A model generated the notes under the pieces. The model searched no databases, was not told where the DNA came from, and worked only from the letters and a program-made list of their open reading frames with translations. Position numbers and translations under genes: made by a program. Below are positions 29,409-39,679 of a stretch of 45,277 nt of DNA, one piece after another (positions within the stretch are counted from its first letter, which is position 1; each line of letters opens with the position of its first letter). This DNA is from a virus (Duplodnaviria > Caudoviricetes): the IMG/VR virus record IMGVR_UViG_3300032216_000830, positions 1-45,277 of that record, one strand, 5' to 3'.

Positions 29409-31651
29409 TGAATCAATTGACTTTGATTACCATCATTTCTATATCTTGCGAAGTTAATACTTATTTTCGATTCTTTTTTTTCAGGCATATATAAATGCTT
29501 CTGATTAGCCATTATAGCTAACCCTGAACTTATAGCGGCATCAAACCTTGTCCTATCGCTTATATCAAACTTTGCCCAATCTTCTAGCGTCTTCATAAAT
29601 GGCATCGTTCCCATCTCCTCAGGATCTCTATACTTTCCTTCTAAATCTAATCCTACAAACTTCTCAATATATGACTCAATAGCCGATGCGTGTGATTGCC
29701 TTACGTCCTCAGAGCTATTAGGTATACCACCTAGCTCACGCTCTGTTTTTGAGAGCTTTGCAAATGGCTTGTCAGGTCTATTCATACAGAAACCTCTATA
29801 TCCCCTATTCTTAAAATGATAAAGAAGTCTTGGCTTATTGTTCTCTGCAAGTATTGGCATACCATAAAATACACAAGCCATAAGTACCTCTTCAAAAAAT
29901 ATCTCAGCTGTTTGAGGACGAGCAATATATTCTAAGAAGAACTCATTGACAGGACCCTCATCCATATGGAACTTAGTCATCCCGTGAAGGGCACCATTAG
30001 AGCCACGCCCTACAACAACAGCAGATATATCATAAGAGTCACAACCAAATGAACCTAAATGCTCATTACCCGGATATTTCATCCCATTTCTTATATGTAC
30101 ATTATTTTGGTAATGCTTAAGTGGCGTCCAACTAACTAAAAATCTTCCTGACTTGTTTGGAGACCAAACTACCTCAGTATCTTTAACCCCATCTTTCCAA
30201 CTAAATGAGCCACGAGTGATGTAATGCTCTTTAATCATAGAGTCATTGTAATCTATCTGATGATATATCTTAGTCAAATTAAATAACGCTTGCTTACTCT
30301 CATCTCTAAATGCGTGAGACTCTGTTCTTGGAAACTGACGATAAAATTCATTTAATGCATCTGAGTCATTTTTTAATGAGTCTACCTCTGCCTCCCAATA
30401 ATCAACAGCTCCATTTATTATCTTCATTCCATCAACTCCTATTACAGGGTCACTTGGCTTTCTAAATACAGGCATACCATATCTATCTATAAACCCTTCC
30501 ATATTCCATTCCATTGGAATAAATAGAGCATACAGTCCACTTTTAGTCTGTCCGTTTTTGTTTCGCGAGCTGATTCTTGAATCCTCATACAAACTTTTAA
30601 AATTATCACCACCCTTACTCAAAGCATTCGAGGTAGAGCCCATCATACATTTACCTATTATCTTACTACCTAATCTTAAACAAGTTTTAGTTACACGCCA
30701 ATTATTTAAGATATTATTTGGCTTAACCCACTTTCCACTCTCATCGTGAGCTAGGAATAGTAGTTTTTCTCCATCATAAGAGTTCTCTTCTGTGTTCTTC
30801 CAATCTATTGTAGTATCTAAACCATCTATGTCATTGTCATCTACGTCATACATATTCTTCTTGGTAATCTTTGACGCAGGCACACGAAAAGCTAACTCAG
30901 TCTTTGGCTTATCCATACCATCCATTACAGGTCTAAAGAAAAATGGCAGTCTGCTATTTATTGGAACTACCTTATCTGTAAACATCTTCTTAGCATCAGA
31001 ACCTGTCTTAGATAAAATGCCAATACGAGCATCACGTGCAAGGGTAGCTATATTAACGCATTCTGAAGATGACATAAAAGAAAAGCCTGAACGTCTTATT
31101 TTTAGGTATATCATACCAAACGCCCTATTATCTGCTCTGCAAGCTTCCCAAAAAATAAAGTATATTCTATTAGCTTCTCTATAATCAGGGTATCCTATAT
31201 CTATGCTTGCCCATTGTAAGTACATCCAATGAGAACCTGTAATGTATGTAGGCACCCCATTGTTCATAAACCAAAAGCCATCCTCTCTGTAATCAAATTG
31301 TTTTTCTATGTAGTCAACCCAATCATTTTTAAAATCAGACGCTCTCTCATTCCAATGGAATATAGATTGAATTTTAGTTAACTCTTTAGGCAACATTTCT
31401 CTTTCCCAATATTGCTCTTCTTTCTTATTACTTCTTTTGAAACATTTATCAGGAGCAGGAGGCAATGCAATCATTAATCCTGATATATTTATAGTTTGAC
31501 CTATCTGACCACTTTTGGAGATAACTACAATATCGTGCTCTTGGTTATATCCATACGCCCATCCTTTAGCCTTATTTTTCTTGGCTATTATCTCAGGTAG
31601 AATATATCCATCTACCACATTATATATACTATTTAGATCTTCGTTCAGCAA
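29405..31651 (-). CDS. terL: terminase large subunit
   Basis: Walker A KIRRSGFS, Walker B LAHDESGK, coupling motif GST, nuclease motif GCDSYD. Annotated start codon is TTG. Confidence 0.88.
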   Translation of the reverse strand: MLNEDLNSIYNVVDGYILPEIIAKKNKAKGWAYGYNQEHDIVVISKSGQIGQTINISGLMIALPPAPDKCFKRSNKKEEQYWEREMLPKELTKIQSIFHWNERASDFKNDWVDYIEKQFDYREDGFWFMNNGVPTYITGSHWMYLQWASIDIGYPDYREANRIYFIFWEACRADNRAFGMIYLKIRRSGFSFMSSSECVNIATLARDARIGILSKTGSDAKKMFTDKVVPINSRLPFFFRPVMDGMDKPKTELAFRVPASKITKKNMYDVDDNDIDGLDTTIDWKNTEENSYDGEKLLFLAHDESGKWVKPNNILNNWRVTKTCLRLGSKIIGKCMMGSTSNALSKGGDNFKSLYEDSRISSRNKNGQTKSGLYALFIPMEWNMEGFIDRYGMPVFRKPSDPVIGVDGMKIINGAVDYWEAEVDSLKNDSDALNEFYRQFPRTESHAFRDESKQALFNLTKIYHQIDYNDSMIKEHYITRGSFSWKDGVKDTEVVWSPNKSGRFLVSWTPLKHYQNNVHIRNGMKYPGNEHLGSFGCDSYDISAVVVGRGSNGALHGMTKFHMDEGPVNEFFLEYIARPQTAEIFFEEVLMACVFYGMPILAENNKPRLLYHFKNRGYRGFCMNRPDKPFAKLSKTERELGGIPNSSEDVRQSHASAIESYIEKFVGLDLEGKYRDPEEMGTMPFMKTLEDWAKFDISDRTRFDAAISSGLAIMANQKHLYMPEKKESKISINFARYRNDGNQSQLIQ

Positions 31652-31916
31652 ATCCTTGTTTTGTGTCTACTTTACTTACTCCTTTCTCTATTGCTTCTAA
31701 GTTATCTTTTTCAGTCTCTATTCTTGTTAGTATCTCAAACGCATCAAATATAGCTAACTTTTTTGTTGCTGCTGCATTCTTTAACTTATCTGCAGACAAG
31801 TCATCTCCTTCCTCATCTGATGGCTTAAGAATACTTTCTTCAGCCACTTTGATAAGCTCAAGGACAGCCTTGTGCCCTGCCTGTATTATTCTAAGTTTTG
31901 TTTCTTTGCTTGTCAT
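31629..31916 (-). CDS. putative terminase small subunit
   Basis: Small helical protein immediately upstream of and overlapping terL. Confidence 0.45.
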   Translation of the reverse strand: MTSKETKLRIIQAGHKAVLELIKVAEESILKPSDEEGDDLSADKLKNAAATKKLAIFDAFEILTRIETEKDNLEAIEKGVSKVDTKQGFAERRSK

Positions 31917-32479
31917 TATAACTTGATTGTTATTTGATGATCATACACTCTATATAGTTTTTCATCATCAATAGTAAACTCATACTCACTATCCGGAGCA
32001 AAACACACTTTATCATTTGGAAAAATGTTCTTACTCATCAGATATTCATTTGAATATTTGACAACACCCATAAGTGGTTCTTCTGAGAATGGCTTATTAA
32101 TATACGATTCTGTTGGGGGGATAGGTTTTATAAAGCAATACCTGTCGTATGCGTTCCACGTGGAACCGTGCTTATACATAAAAAATTGGTCAGGCTCGAT
32201 AAAGAATAAGTCATCTTTAAAAAAGCTCTTGCCGCTTTTCTGCCTACCTTTCATATCATTGTAAAACTTAAATGCATTATGATGCACAAGTAAAGTATCT
32301 CCTATTACAATAGGACCTTGATAACCTAATGGAAGCTCGATAACTTCAGCAAATCTATTTGAGAACTTATGGTCTTCCTCAGATGTGCTTACTATAAACT
32401 CAACCCCTGCAATGTCCTTTGTGTTATCGTAGCGTTTTCCATTTATAGGTTTAACTATAAAGTAGAATGGTGAACGCAT
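31916..32479 (-). CDS. tandem GroES-like co-chaperonin
   Basis: Two GroES-like halves: FIVKP...AEVIELP...IGDTLLVH and FIKPI...GVVKY...NDKVCF...FTIDDEKLYRVYDHQI. Confidence 0.55.
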   Translation of the reverse strand: MRSPFYFIVKPINGKRYDNTKDIAGVEFIVSTSEEDHKFSNRFAEVIELPLGYQGPIVIGDTLLVHHNAFKFYNDMKGRQKSGKSFFKDDLFFIEPDQFFMYKHGSTWNAYDRYCFIKPIPPTESYINKPFSEEPLMGVVKYSNEYLMSKNIFPNDKVCFAPDSEYEFTIDDEKLYRVYDHQITIKL

Positions 32480-32707
32480 TTAAAAATTTATATTATATTC
32501 AATTGAAATCGGAATTGTAGTAGTAAACTCTTTCCACAAAACTACTTCTTCTTTATCATTTATAATGTAGATAAGAAAAGATTGTTTTGATGTATCGTAT
32601 TTGATTAAATGTATTTGATGGCTATCAGAAAGAACAGGTTGCCCTACAATATAATGCATTGCTCCATTCTTATAATCAAGACCTATTGATATTTTTCTAA
32701 TGTCCAT
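32480..32707 (-). CDS. hypothetical protein
   Basis: 75-aa ORF tightly coupled to its neighbours. Confidence 0.65.
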   Translation of the reverse strand: MDIRKISIGLDYKNGAMHYIVGQPVLSDSHQIHLIKYDTSKQSFLIYIINDKEEVVLWKEFTTTIPISIEYNINF

Positions 32708-32952
32708 TAGATTACTATTCTTATTTCTCCTGTAGAAGTTCTATATATATTACCAACATCTAACCCACCTGCTAATGCTGCAGCATTGTTTGAAAATGAT
32801 TCTAACATATTTCCATTTTCAAATATAAAAGTAAAAAGCTCACTAATTGTAAAATTCTTAGTTGCATTATCGTGTGCGCTATCCGTTCCTATCAATTTAT
32901 CACTTCCTGATATAGGAGAGTTGGCTATTGTATATGTTTCTATTTTTGCCAT
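32707..32952 (-). CDS. short fibre-anchor-like protein
   Basis: N-terminal ~40 aa resemble the N-terminus of the 1192-aa fibre. Confidence 0.55.
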   Translation of the reverse strand: MAKIETYTIANSPISGSDKLIGTDSAHDNATKNFTISELFTFIFENGNMLESFSNNAAALAGGLDVGNIYRTSTGEIRIVI

Positions 32953-32968
32953 TTATTATTTATTTTTT

Positions 32969-32976
32969 CAAAGATA
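32969..32976 (-). promoter_or_regulatory. -7 promoter element TATCTTTG
   Basis: Upstream of the packaging operon. Confidence 0.55.
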
Positions 32977-32981
32977 CAAAA

Positions 32982-33266
32982 TTATACAAGAGTTAAATTC
33001 AATTGATATGCACCCCAAGTGTATGCTGCTTGATTTATATCTGTTGCATCACCCCATATCTGATATTCTTCACCACTCATAGTTAAATTACCTTCTGCTA
33101 CTTGTATTGATGATGTGACACCTTCAGCATCAGTTGTTACTGCTAATATCTGATAATAAAATGTAGCACTTGTAGTTAAGTTGTCATTAATGCTAATCAT
33201 ATTAAATATATTAGCTTGTACTTGTTGTCCATTAGACCAAGATGTAATTGGTTGTATTGCTTTCAT
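32982..33266 (-). CDS. fibre-associated hypothetical protein
   Basis: 94 aa directly downstream of the fibre gene. Confidence 0.55.
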   Translation of the reverse strand: MKAIQPITSWSNGQQVQANIFNMISINDNLTTSATFYYQILAVTTDAEGVTSSIQVAEGNLTMSGEEYQIWGDATDINQAAYTWGAYQLNLTLV

Positions 33267-33271
33267 ATATA

Positions 33272-36200
33272 TTAATTTATTACAAAAAATCCTATTGATG
33301 TTTCAGCAGTTGTTGCTGCTCCTAAATTGATTACAAATGAACCTGCTGCAGGTACTACATTTTTAATAGTTGCAGTTGCATCATTTGTTCTGATTACTGC
33401 AAATACTATTGATGATGCAGTAACAAGTGAGTTTGTTACAGTTACTGTTGTTCCTGCTGCTGCTATATTTACTGTTCCACTTGGTTTATTTATTGTCTGA
33501 TTGCCTGTTGTTCCTGATACAGTATTAGTAGCAGTTAAAGTTATTCCACCCCCACTTGTAATTCTCATCTTCTCAGTCATAGCTGTTCCACCACTTTGAG
33601 TTGAGAATATCATATCTCCACTTTCTGAACCTGCTGTGTTTACAAGATTAGTGATATTAATTCCTGCTCTTGCTATTTGAGCTGTACCATTTCCTGCTCC
33701 AAATACTAATCCATTTGAATTTTGAAAATCATAAATTAGTGAAGGTTGTCCTCCTCCACCTCCATTTGCAATTAAAGACATAAGTCCACTAAGATTACTA
33801 CCTGCATTAGTAGTTTTAAAAGTCCAAGTATTCCCAATAGTAAATCTATTACCTGGAGTTAATGATGCACCTGATAATGTAAGTGCATTACCTGATGCTA
33901 CTGCTATTGTTCCATTAACATATAATTTATATCCATTATCAGTAGATGTTCCTATAGCTAAATTATTTGTATTTTCAAAGTAAGCTGATGTTCCAAATAA
34001 TATATTCCCCTTAGTAGCATTACTTGTTGATGATAATGTAAGGGAATTAGAAGCAGCAGTTCCCCCTACAACAGATTGACCTCCTGATACCCCTGTTGAT
34101 AGATTAGATGTAACTGTTCCTGATGAATTGGTAAGACCTGTACTGAAGGTATAAGAACTTCCCCCACTATATTGAGGAATATTAAGTGTATTACCTACTA
34201 ATGTAGCAGCACCACTTGTTCCTGTTGTTGTTAAGGTTAAAGTGCCTTGCTTACTATTTATTTGTGTTTGTATAGCACTTGTTACTCCTTTAACATAGCT
34301 TAATTCAGTTAATGAAGGATAAGTTGCTACAGCTAAAGATTGAATATTACCACTACCATCTAAGGCAAGTATTTGTGATGCTGTTAGGGAACTCAAGACA
34401 GGAGCTGTACTAAATGTTTTTGTTCCTGCTATAGTTTGAGCATTTGTATTTATAACACCTCTTGCAGTAGCTGAAGCATTAGGTAAGTTAAATGTATGGG
34501 AAGTGCCACTTGACACTATTGCAAAATCAGTACCACTTGTTCCCGTACCCAATGTCTGAGAAGCTCCTGTCAAGGAATTGATAGCAGTAATTCCCGTACC
34601 TGCCATAATACCACTCTGTTGTGTAATAGTAAGTATAGTAGATTGTATAGCAGGATGCGGATATGGACTTGTTTGAACAGTTTCAGAATATATAGACATA
34701 TTAGCATCAGAACTTGCCCAATATAGTTCTATTATATCTCCTGCCACTAATTGAATAACATAATTCCAAGCTGCCATCATATATGCAGGAGAATTACCTT
34801 GTAAAGATAAATTACCTGCACTATATGGAACATCAGTTCCATTTTTTCTTAACCAAAAGTTTGCAATATCAACACCTGCATCACTCTTATCTAATTGAGA
34901 AGAAAACTGTAAATTGTAAATACCTGTATTAGCACATACAATTTGAGAAGTCATTGTCCCTGTATATGTAGCAGATGTTCTAAGTTGAGAAACTGAAACT
35001 ACATAAGTTCCTATTCCACCTGTACCACTTGTAAATGCAGATATAAATGTTCCTGCTGTTATACTACCACCTGTTAATACCATCCCCACCTTTAATGTCC
35101 CTGATGTAATACCTGTAACATTTAATATAGTCCCTGCTCCTGCTCCACCATTATTAATAGTTCCTGTAAAAACAGCAGTTTCTGTTTGTAAAGAAAATCC
35201 ATTAGCTAAATCAGTAGTATTAAATTTAACTGCTCTTGGAGTATCTGCAGTTGGATTAGTTTGTATTGTAGAATCTGATATTGCTAAATAATATCCTGTA
35301 GGTGTAGCTGCTGTATTACTTCCCCATTTAAGTCCTGTAGTTGTAGTACTATCTGCTATTAATATTTGTGTATCAAGTCCTACAGGAAGTCTTGTATTTG
35401 TTGAATTAAATGTATACAAATCTCCTTTGGTTGTAAGGGGAGATGTGCCTGATACATTAAGTGTTGTTCCTGAGAATGATAAACCTGTACCTAATGTTAT
35501 TTCTTCCATTACTCCTGTACCTGCAGTTCCCCTACCAATAAGTTTATTAGTAGCCATAGATGTAGAAATCACAGGGGCTGTCCCACCTGATGATGTTATA
35601 GGGCTTGTTGCTGTAACCCCTGTTACCGTACCTGTTCCTACAGGAATAGTTATTGCTCCAAGACTATTTGCTGCCACCCCATTTACTGTCAAAGGAATAT
35701 ATGCAGATGCTACATAATTAGGGAAGGTATACTCAGTAAGTCCACCATAATTATTTGTATTAAATTTTAATCTAGTTCTAGTTGCTCCTGAAGTAAATTT
35801 TATAGACTCATTATCTATATTTAATACTTTTAACCCACCAACATTTGATATATTTATAAAGTCTCCACTCGAATTTATATTAACCGAAGGAGCGCTATTT
35901 ACGCCTTGATTTGCAGAAATAAGATAATTACCTCCACTAGATGAACTATCTATATCAGGCGGAGTTCCTGAAACATTTGTTGTTTCTATTTTAAAATATC
36001 CACTATATGGATCAGTCCAAGACAATGGTCCATAATACCCTACTCCTAAATCTTCATTACCTAATGATGTTGATGATAAATCTTTATTTACTAATATAGT
36101 ATTAGTAGTAGTATTACCTATATCAGTTACTTGTTGTAAGTTTTGAGAACTTGCTACAGAAACCGTAACATTCCCCGACATATCCGCAAACGTCCCATTT

Positions 36201-36850
36201 ACAGACATTACAAATGCTCCACCATAATTTGGATAAACAAATGTTTGATTGTTATAATTATTAGCAACAACATTTATACTATTAGCGCCATTGCTATATA
36301 TTACTCTATCTATTAACTGAGTAAATGTGTTTGAGCCATCTTGCAATCCAATCTGATTAGTAATCCAATAAGATGTATCTCCACTTCCAAAATCATATAA
36401 TTGGATGCCTGTTAATGGAAGTATATTTGACTCTACATCAAGCTTTATAGTTGAGCCTAAGTCATCATTAAGAAGTATATTCCTAGCTCCTGTATTACCA
36501 TTAACTAATACATCTTGCAAGTTTTGAGATCCTATATTATATGACCATATCGCAGGATTACCACTACCCTGACTTGTTAATACCTGACCAATCAGTCCTT
36601 CTGTTCCATCAGCAGTAAACGTACCACTTATAGATAAATTTGTTGCAGATAAACTATATGGACCTAAGTCAACATTATCGGTAGCATTATTATATGGAAC
36701 TAAATAGTCTCCTATAGCTACAGCAAAATAGGCGACTAAGTCGCCTACTTTATAATTCTTTGTAACCATATCATTATTGGCATCACTGCCTATAACCTTA
36801 TCACCATCGACAATTGTACCATCGACAACGTATGTGCTTATCCTTGCCAA
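33272..36850 (-). CDS. mosaic fibre protein (tail or head fibre)
   Basis: 1192 aa, rich in Gly/Thr/Ser. Contains QNLQ.V...GNT repeats, [10 protein letters not shown] and EKMRITSGG fibre motifs, and a C1q-like segment. Confidence 0.75.
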   Translation of the reverse strand: MARISTYVVDGTIVDGDKVIGSDANNDMVTKNYKVGDLVAYFAVAIGDYLVPYNNATDNVDLGPYSLSATNLSISGTFTADGTEGLIGQVLTSQGSGNPAIWSYNIGSQNLQDVLVNGNTGARNILLNDDLGSTIKLDVESNILPLTGIQLYDFGSGDTSYWITNQIGLQDGSNTFTQLIDRVIYSNGANSINVVANNYNNQTFVYPNYGGAFVMSVNGTFADMSGNVTVSVASSQNLQQVTDIGNTTTNTILVNKDLSSTSLGNEDLGVGYYGPLSWTDPYSGYFKIETTNVSGTPPDIDSSSSGGNYLISANQGVNSAPSVNINSSGDFINISNVGGLKVLNIDNESIKFTSGATRTRLKFNTNNYGGLTEYTFPNYVASAYIPLTVNGVAANSLGAITIPVGTGTVTGVTATSPITSSGGTAPVISTSMATNKLIGRGTAGTGVMEEITLGTGLSFSGTTLNVSGTSPLTTKGDLYTFNSTNTRLPVGLDTQILIADSTTTTGLKWGSNTAATPTGYYLAISDSTIQTNPTADTPRAVKFNTTDLANGFSLQTETAVFTGTINNGGAGAGTILNVTGITSGTLKVGMVLTGGSITAGTFISAFTSGTGGIGTYVVSVSQLRTSATYTGTMTSQIVCANTGIYNLQFSSQLDKSDAGVDIANFWLRKNGTDVPYSAGNLSLQGNSPAYMMAAWNYVIQLVAGDIIELYWASSDANMSIYSETVQTSPYPHPAIQSTILTITQQSGIMAGTGITAINSLTGASQTLGTGTSGTDFAIVSSGTSHTFNLPNASATARGVINTNAQTIAGTKTFSTAPVLSSLTASQILALDGSGNIQSLAVATYPSLTELSYVKGVTSAIQTQINSKQGTLTLTTTGTSGAATLVGNTLNIPQYSGGSSYTFSTGLTNSSGTVTSNLSTGVSGGQSVVGGTAASNSLTLSSTSNATKGNILFGTSAYFENTNNLAIGTSTDNGYKLYVNGTIAVASGNALTLSGASLTPGNRFTIGNTWTFKTTNAGSNLSGLMSLIANGGGGGQPSLIYDFQNSNGLVFGAGNGTAQIARAGINITNLVNTAGSESGDMIFSTQSGGTAMTEKMRITSGGGITLTATNTVSGTTGNQTINKPSGTVNIAAAGTTVTVTNSLVTASSIVFAVIRTNDATATIKNVVPAAGSFVINLGAATTAETSIGFFVIN

Positions 36851-36859
36851 TTTGTTTCA

Positions 36860-37201
36860 TTAATTTAAAGTCAAAAGATATAATATCTTGTCTACTAATC
36901 CAAGCATCTCATCGATGATGTTCTGAAGCTCAGAAGGATAATTGTTTCTTTCTGTATCAAGAATAGATCTCAACTCTTTTAAATGAGTAGTAGCATCCAT
37001 TACTTTAGATTCAGGTATTACAATCTCAACTCTCTTTGCAAATCCAAAGTATGCTTCTGTAAATGTATCTGTCAATTCAAGAATACCATCATAATACATA
37101 TTCAATGCCTTATGTTCAGCAAATGAAGTTGTCTGTAAATGAGCAATATGCATTGCATCTCTTGATTGAAATAACGTTCCAATGAATTTTCCCGGTGTCA
37201 T
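36860..37201 (-). CDS. Dps/ferritin-like four-helix protein
   Basis: H..HLQT.SFAEHKAL..YYD....D.F.E...LQNIIDEM pattern. Confidence 0.65.
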   Translation of the reverse strand: MTPGKFIGTLFQSRDAMHIAHLQTTSFAEHKALNMYYDGILELTDTFTEAYFGFAKRVEIVIPESKVMDATTHLKELRSILDTERNNYPSELQNIIDEMLGLVDKILYLLTLN

Positions 37202-37202
37202 A

Positions 37203-37439
37203 TTAATCTTGTTTTTTAGTTACCTCTCCTGTTTGAATATTAATTACTGCATCTTCGCCATACTTTTCAATTAATGACTTCTCATTAATAGCAAACTCTT
37301 TTCTCAACATATCAATGTGTTGAAATACATTTTGCTTCTGTAATTCTAAATCGCCCAATGCATTTTTAGACTTTGTAAAGTCATCATTAAGCACTTGAAT
37401 TTTCTTTAATTCTTCTTCTGTTACTTTGATGTTTTCCAT
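37203..37439 (-). CDS. small coiled-coil protein
   Basis: 78 aa ending KYG...INIQTGE. Confidence 0.65.
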   Translation of the reverse strand: MENIKVTEEELKKIQVLNDDFTKSKNALGDLELQKQNVFQHIDMLRKEFAINEKSLIEKYGEDAVINIQTGEVTKKQD

Positions 37440-37466
37440 TTTTATTTAATTTAAATTTTTAAAATA

Positions 37467-37474
37467 CAAATATA
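37467..37474 (-). promoter_or_regulatory. -7 promoter element TATATTTG
   Basis: Upstream of the 37439 start. Confidence 0.55.
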
Positions 37475-37478
37475 GTTA

Positions 37479-37946
37479 TTATTGTTGAATGTTTCTTTTA
37501 ATTGAGCTTCCGAAATAGTAGCCAAAGATAGATAATACAACGCCTTCTGAAATTCCAATAAGATGTATCCATATTTCTTTATTATCCGCAGGTATCTGTA
37601 AATATACGATTGCATATACGATAAAACAAAATATTGACAAGCCAACAAAGCCTGTCAAATAAAACATAAAATCAAACTTATGAGTCTTAGCTACCTCAAT
37701 CTCTCTATTCCTAGCAGAGTCTCTATCCTTTATTTCTAATTCAAATATCTGTATAGACTTATTTAACTCATCCAATGCAATGGCTTTATCTTCAGCAGAC
37801 ATCTCATCTGATGATGAGATAAGGTTTTTAACAATACCAAATACACCATTAGATGGAAGTATGTCACCTACAGTATCTAATATCTTTGGAGCCTTCTGCG
37901 TTAAAAACTGACCTACTTTAGTATCTTTGAATTTTTTACCCGGCAT
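37479..37946 (-). CDS. holin-like membrane protein
   Basis: Two C-terminal transmembrane segments ending YYFGSS; adjacent to the endolysin. Confidence 0.6.
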   Translation of the reverse strand: MPGKKFKDTKVGQFLTQKAPKILDTVGDILPSNGVFGIVKNLISSSDEMSAEDKAIALDELNKSIQIFELEIKDRDSARNREIEVAKTHKFDFMFYLTGFVGLSIFCFIVYAIVYLQIPADNKEIWIHLIGISEGVVLSIFGYYFGSSIKRNIQQ

Positions 37947-37947
37947 A

Positions 37948-38367
37948 TTATATTGATTTTAATTGAAAGTGCATCCCATCAACGCGGCCTTTCCAATTTC
38001 CACCCCATTCAAATCCTGTATCAGTAAAACAATTTACAAATCCTACAGATAATGTAGGAGTCATATTCAATTGGTTCCACGCGGCGTTCACATCAATAGC
38101 TATGCCCCAAGAATGCAAACTCATAGAACTTAATCCACGCTTCTTACGGATATTAAAACATCCATCAAAAGTCTTTAAATCTCTTACATATCCTCTATCA
38201 ATTAAATTCTTGAAAGCTTGCGTTAGTGGATAGACCATATCCTTATTGCAGTAAAGTCTTTTAGGGATTGCACCTATCTCTAACTCATTAGGTATATCCC
38301 ATAGAACCATATTATTTTCTAACGTAGGATCGCCGTATTTCTTTAATGCTTGTGCTGATGTTACCAT
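37948..38367 (-). CDS. endolysin, peptidase M15 family (L-Ala-D-Glu peptidase-like)
   Basis: R...SLHSWGIAID...WGGNW...DGMHFQ zinc-binding motif. Confidence 0.88.
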   Translation of the reverse strand: MVTSAQALKKYGDPTLENNMVLWDIPNELEIGAIPKRLYCNKDMVYPLTQAFKNLIDRGYVRDLKTFDGCFNIRKKRGLSSMSLHSWGIAIDVNAAWNQLNMTPTLSVGFVNCFTDTGFEWGGNWKGRVDGMHFQLKSI

Positions 38368-38492
38368 TATCTACCTTGACCTTTATATTTAGAAACTTTT
38401 TTACATTTAGGACCTTTGGATTTACTAGGCTTTCCGCCCTTTCTTTTACCAAATGTCAACTTTTTAGCGTCAGAAACTTTGCCTTTTGCCAT
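38367..38492 (-). CDS. 41-aa Lys-rich protein (not in ORF track)
   Basis: MAKGKVSDAKKLTFGKRKGGKPSKSKGPKCKKVSKYKGQGR; TAATG-coupled on both sides. Confidence 0.7.
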   Translation of the reverse strand: MAKGKVSDAKKLTFGKRKGGKPSKSKGPKCKKVSKYKGQGR

Positions 38493-38782
38493 TATTTTGC
38501 TGTTAAAAACTCAACGATAATCTTTAATGCGCCAATTCCAAAAAGTGTAGCTAAGGCGTAGAAGTAAGCTTTGTATTTTCTCAACTGGTCTTTAATCTCA
38601 TCTAACTCTGTTTTCATATCCTTAAAGTCGCTGAGTAGACCTCCTGAGTTTCTATCAATAGGATTTCCTGCTAGCAAAGTATGGATATCCTTAATCATTA
38701 CCTTCATCTCAGAAACCTCTCCTTTAATGGTTTCCAATTCTTGCGCCATAGCATCTAATCTTATGTTTTCGTTAGTACTCAT
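38492..38782 (-). CDS. coiled-coil protein with C-terminal TM helix (lysis-module candidate)
   Basis: Heptad repeats followed by YFYALATLFGIGALKIIVEFL. Confidence 0.55.
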   Translation of the reverse strand: MSTNENIRLDAMAQELETIKGEVSEMKVMIKDIHTLLAGNPIDRNSGGLLSDFKDMKTELDEIKDQLRKYKAYFYALATLFGIGALKIIVEFLTAK

Positions 38783-38783
38783 T

Positions 38784-39272
38784 TTACCAAAGTCCCATTA
38801 CGTTTGTAGCAGTTGTTGATGTAGTTCTTAGTTTTATTACTTGAATAGGAAGCGTAGTGCCTGCAGGAACCGCAAAGAATGTTGCAGTATCTCCGCCTAT
38901 AGTTACAACTGAAACATTGCCTGCTCCTCCAACGTATAAAAAACAACCCGTATTCCCCAAACCTGATTGAGAAGACATTGCATATACTGCATAAAGCTTA
39001 GCTGTAGCTGTAAAAATATTTGCATTTAAAGTCAATTGAGTTTGACTATCTACACTAACTACAGTTGCAGCAGTCTCGTCAGTATCATTATGCACAACAT
39101 CACCTATCTGTATGTTGTTAGTAATAAATGTTGCAGCTGAATTAATCAACTTGAATGCTGTTGCAGTGGTATTTGTTCCTGTAGTAACAAGAGCACTTGG
39201 GTTTGCTATAACAGCATCATCTGACTTATGCGCTCTTACCGCTCTTGAAAACTGTGATTTAAATACTGACAT
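38784..39272 (-). CDS. head spike base protein homolog (RcGTA Rcc01079-like) with inserted domain
   Basis: C-terminus LYVGGAGNVSVVTIGGDTATF..VPAGTTLPIQV.....TTATNVMGLW. Confidence 0.65.
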   Translation of the reverse strand: MSVFKSQFSRAVRAHKSDDAVIANPSALVTTGTNTTATAFKLINSAATFITNNIQIGDVVHNDTDETAATVVSVDSQTQLTLNANIFTATAKLYAVYAMSSQSGLGNTGCFLYVGGAGNVSVVTIGGDTATFFAVPAGTTLPIQVIKLRTTSTTATNVMGLW

Positions 39273-39275
39273 TTT

Positions 39276-39455
39276 TTATTTTTTATTATTGTAAGGAAAT
39301 ATTCTATTCAAAGCATCCTTACGAGCATCGCATCCGCAATCTTCTTTTCCCATTGCCTTAGTAACAGTTTTTACTGCAGACTTTATTCCTGTTGCAGTTG
39401 TTATCTTATCAATAGTATCTCCAAGACCTTTGCTCTTGTAAGTTATCTTAGCCAT
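39276..39455 (-). CDS. 59-aa protein with CGC motif (not in ORF track)
   Basis: MAKITYKSKGLGDTIDKITTATGIK...EDCGCDARKDALNRIFPY; fills the intergenic gap exactly. Confidence 0.7.
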   Translation of the reverse strand: MAKITYKSKGLGDTIDKITTATGIKSAVKTVTKAMGKEDCGCDARKDALNRIFPYNNKK

Positions 39456-39456
39456 A

Positions 39457-39675
39457 TTAGTCTATTTTTATTTTTGTATCTACTTTTAATCTTCCAAGTA
39501 TAGCTATTATTAAACCACCTAACTGAATGATTTTAGCTACTGTTTCAGCTGCTTCAGCATTAGTAGTCGTAACATTTACAGGAATTTTAAAATACTCAGA
39601 TGCAACCCATCCAATTAATGAAATGATTACACCCCAAATTGTCTTAGACTCGTACCAATTTTTTGACTGATTCAT
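39457..39675 (-). CDS. small 2-TM holin-like protein
   Basis: KNWYESKTIWGVII...IIAILGR. Confidence 0.55.
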   Translation of the reverse strand: MNQSKNWYESKTIWGVIISLIGWVASEYFKIPVNVTTTNAEAAETVAKIIQLGGLIIAILGRLKVDTKIKID

Positions 39676-39679
39676 AAGT

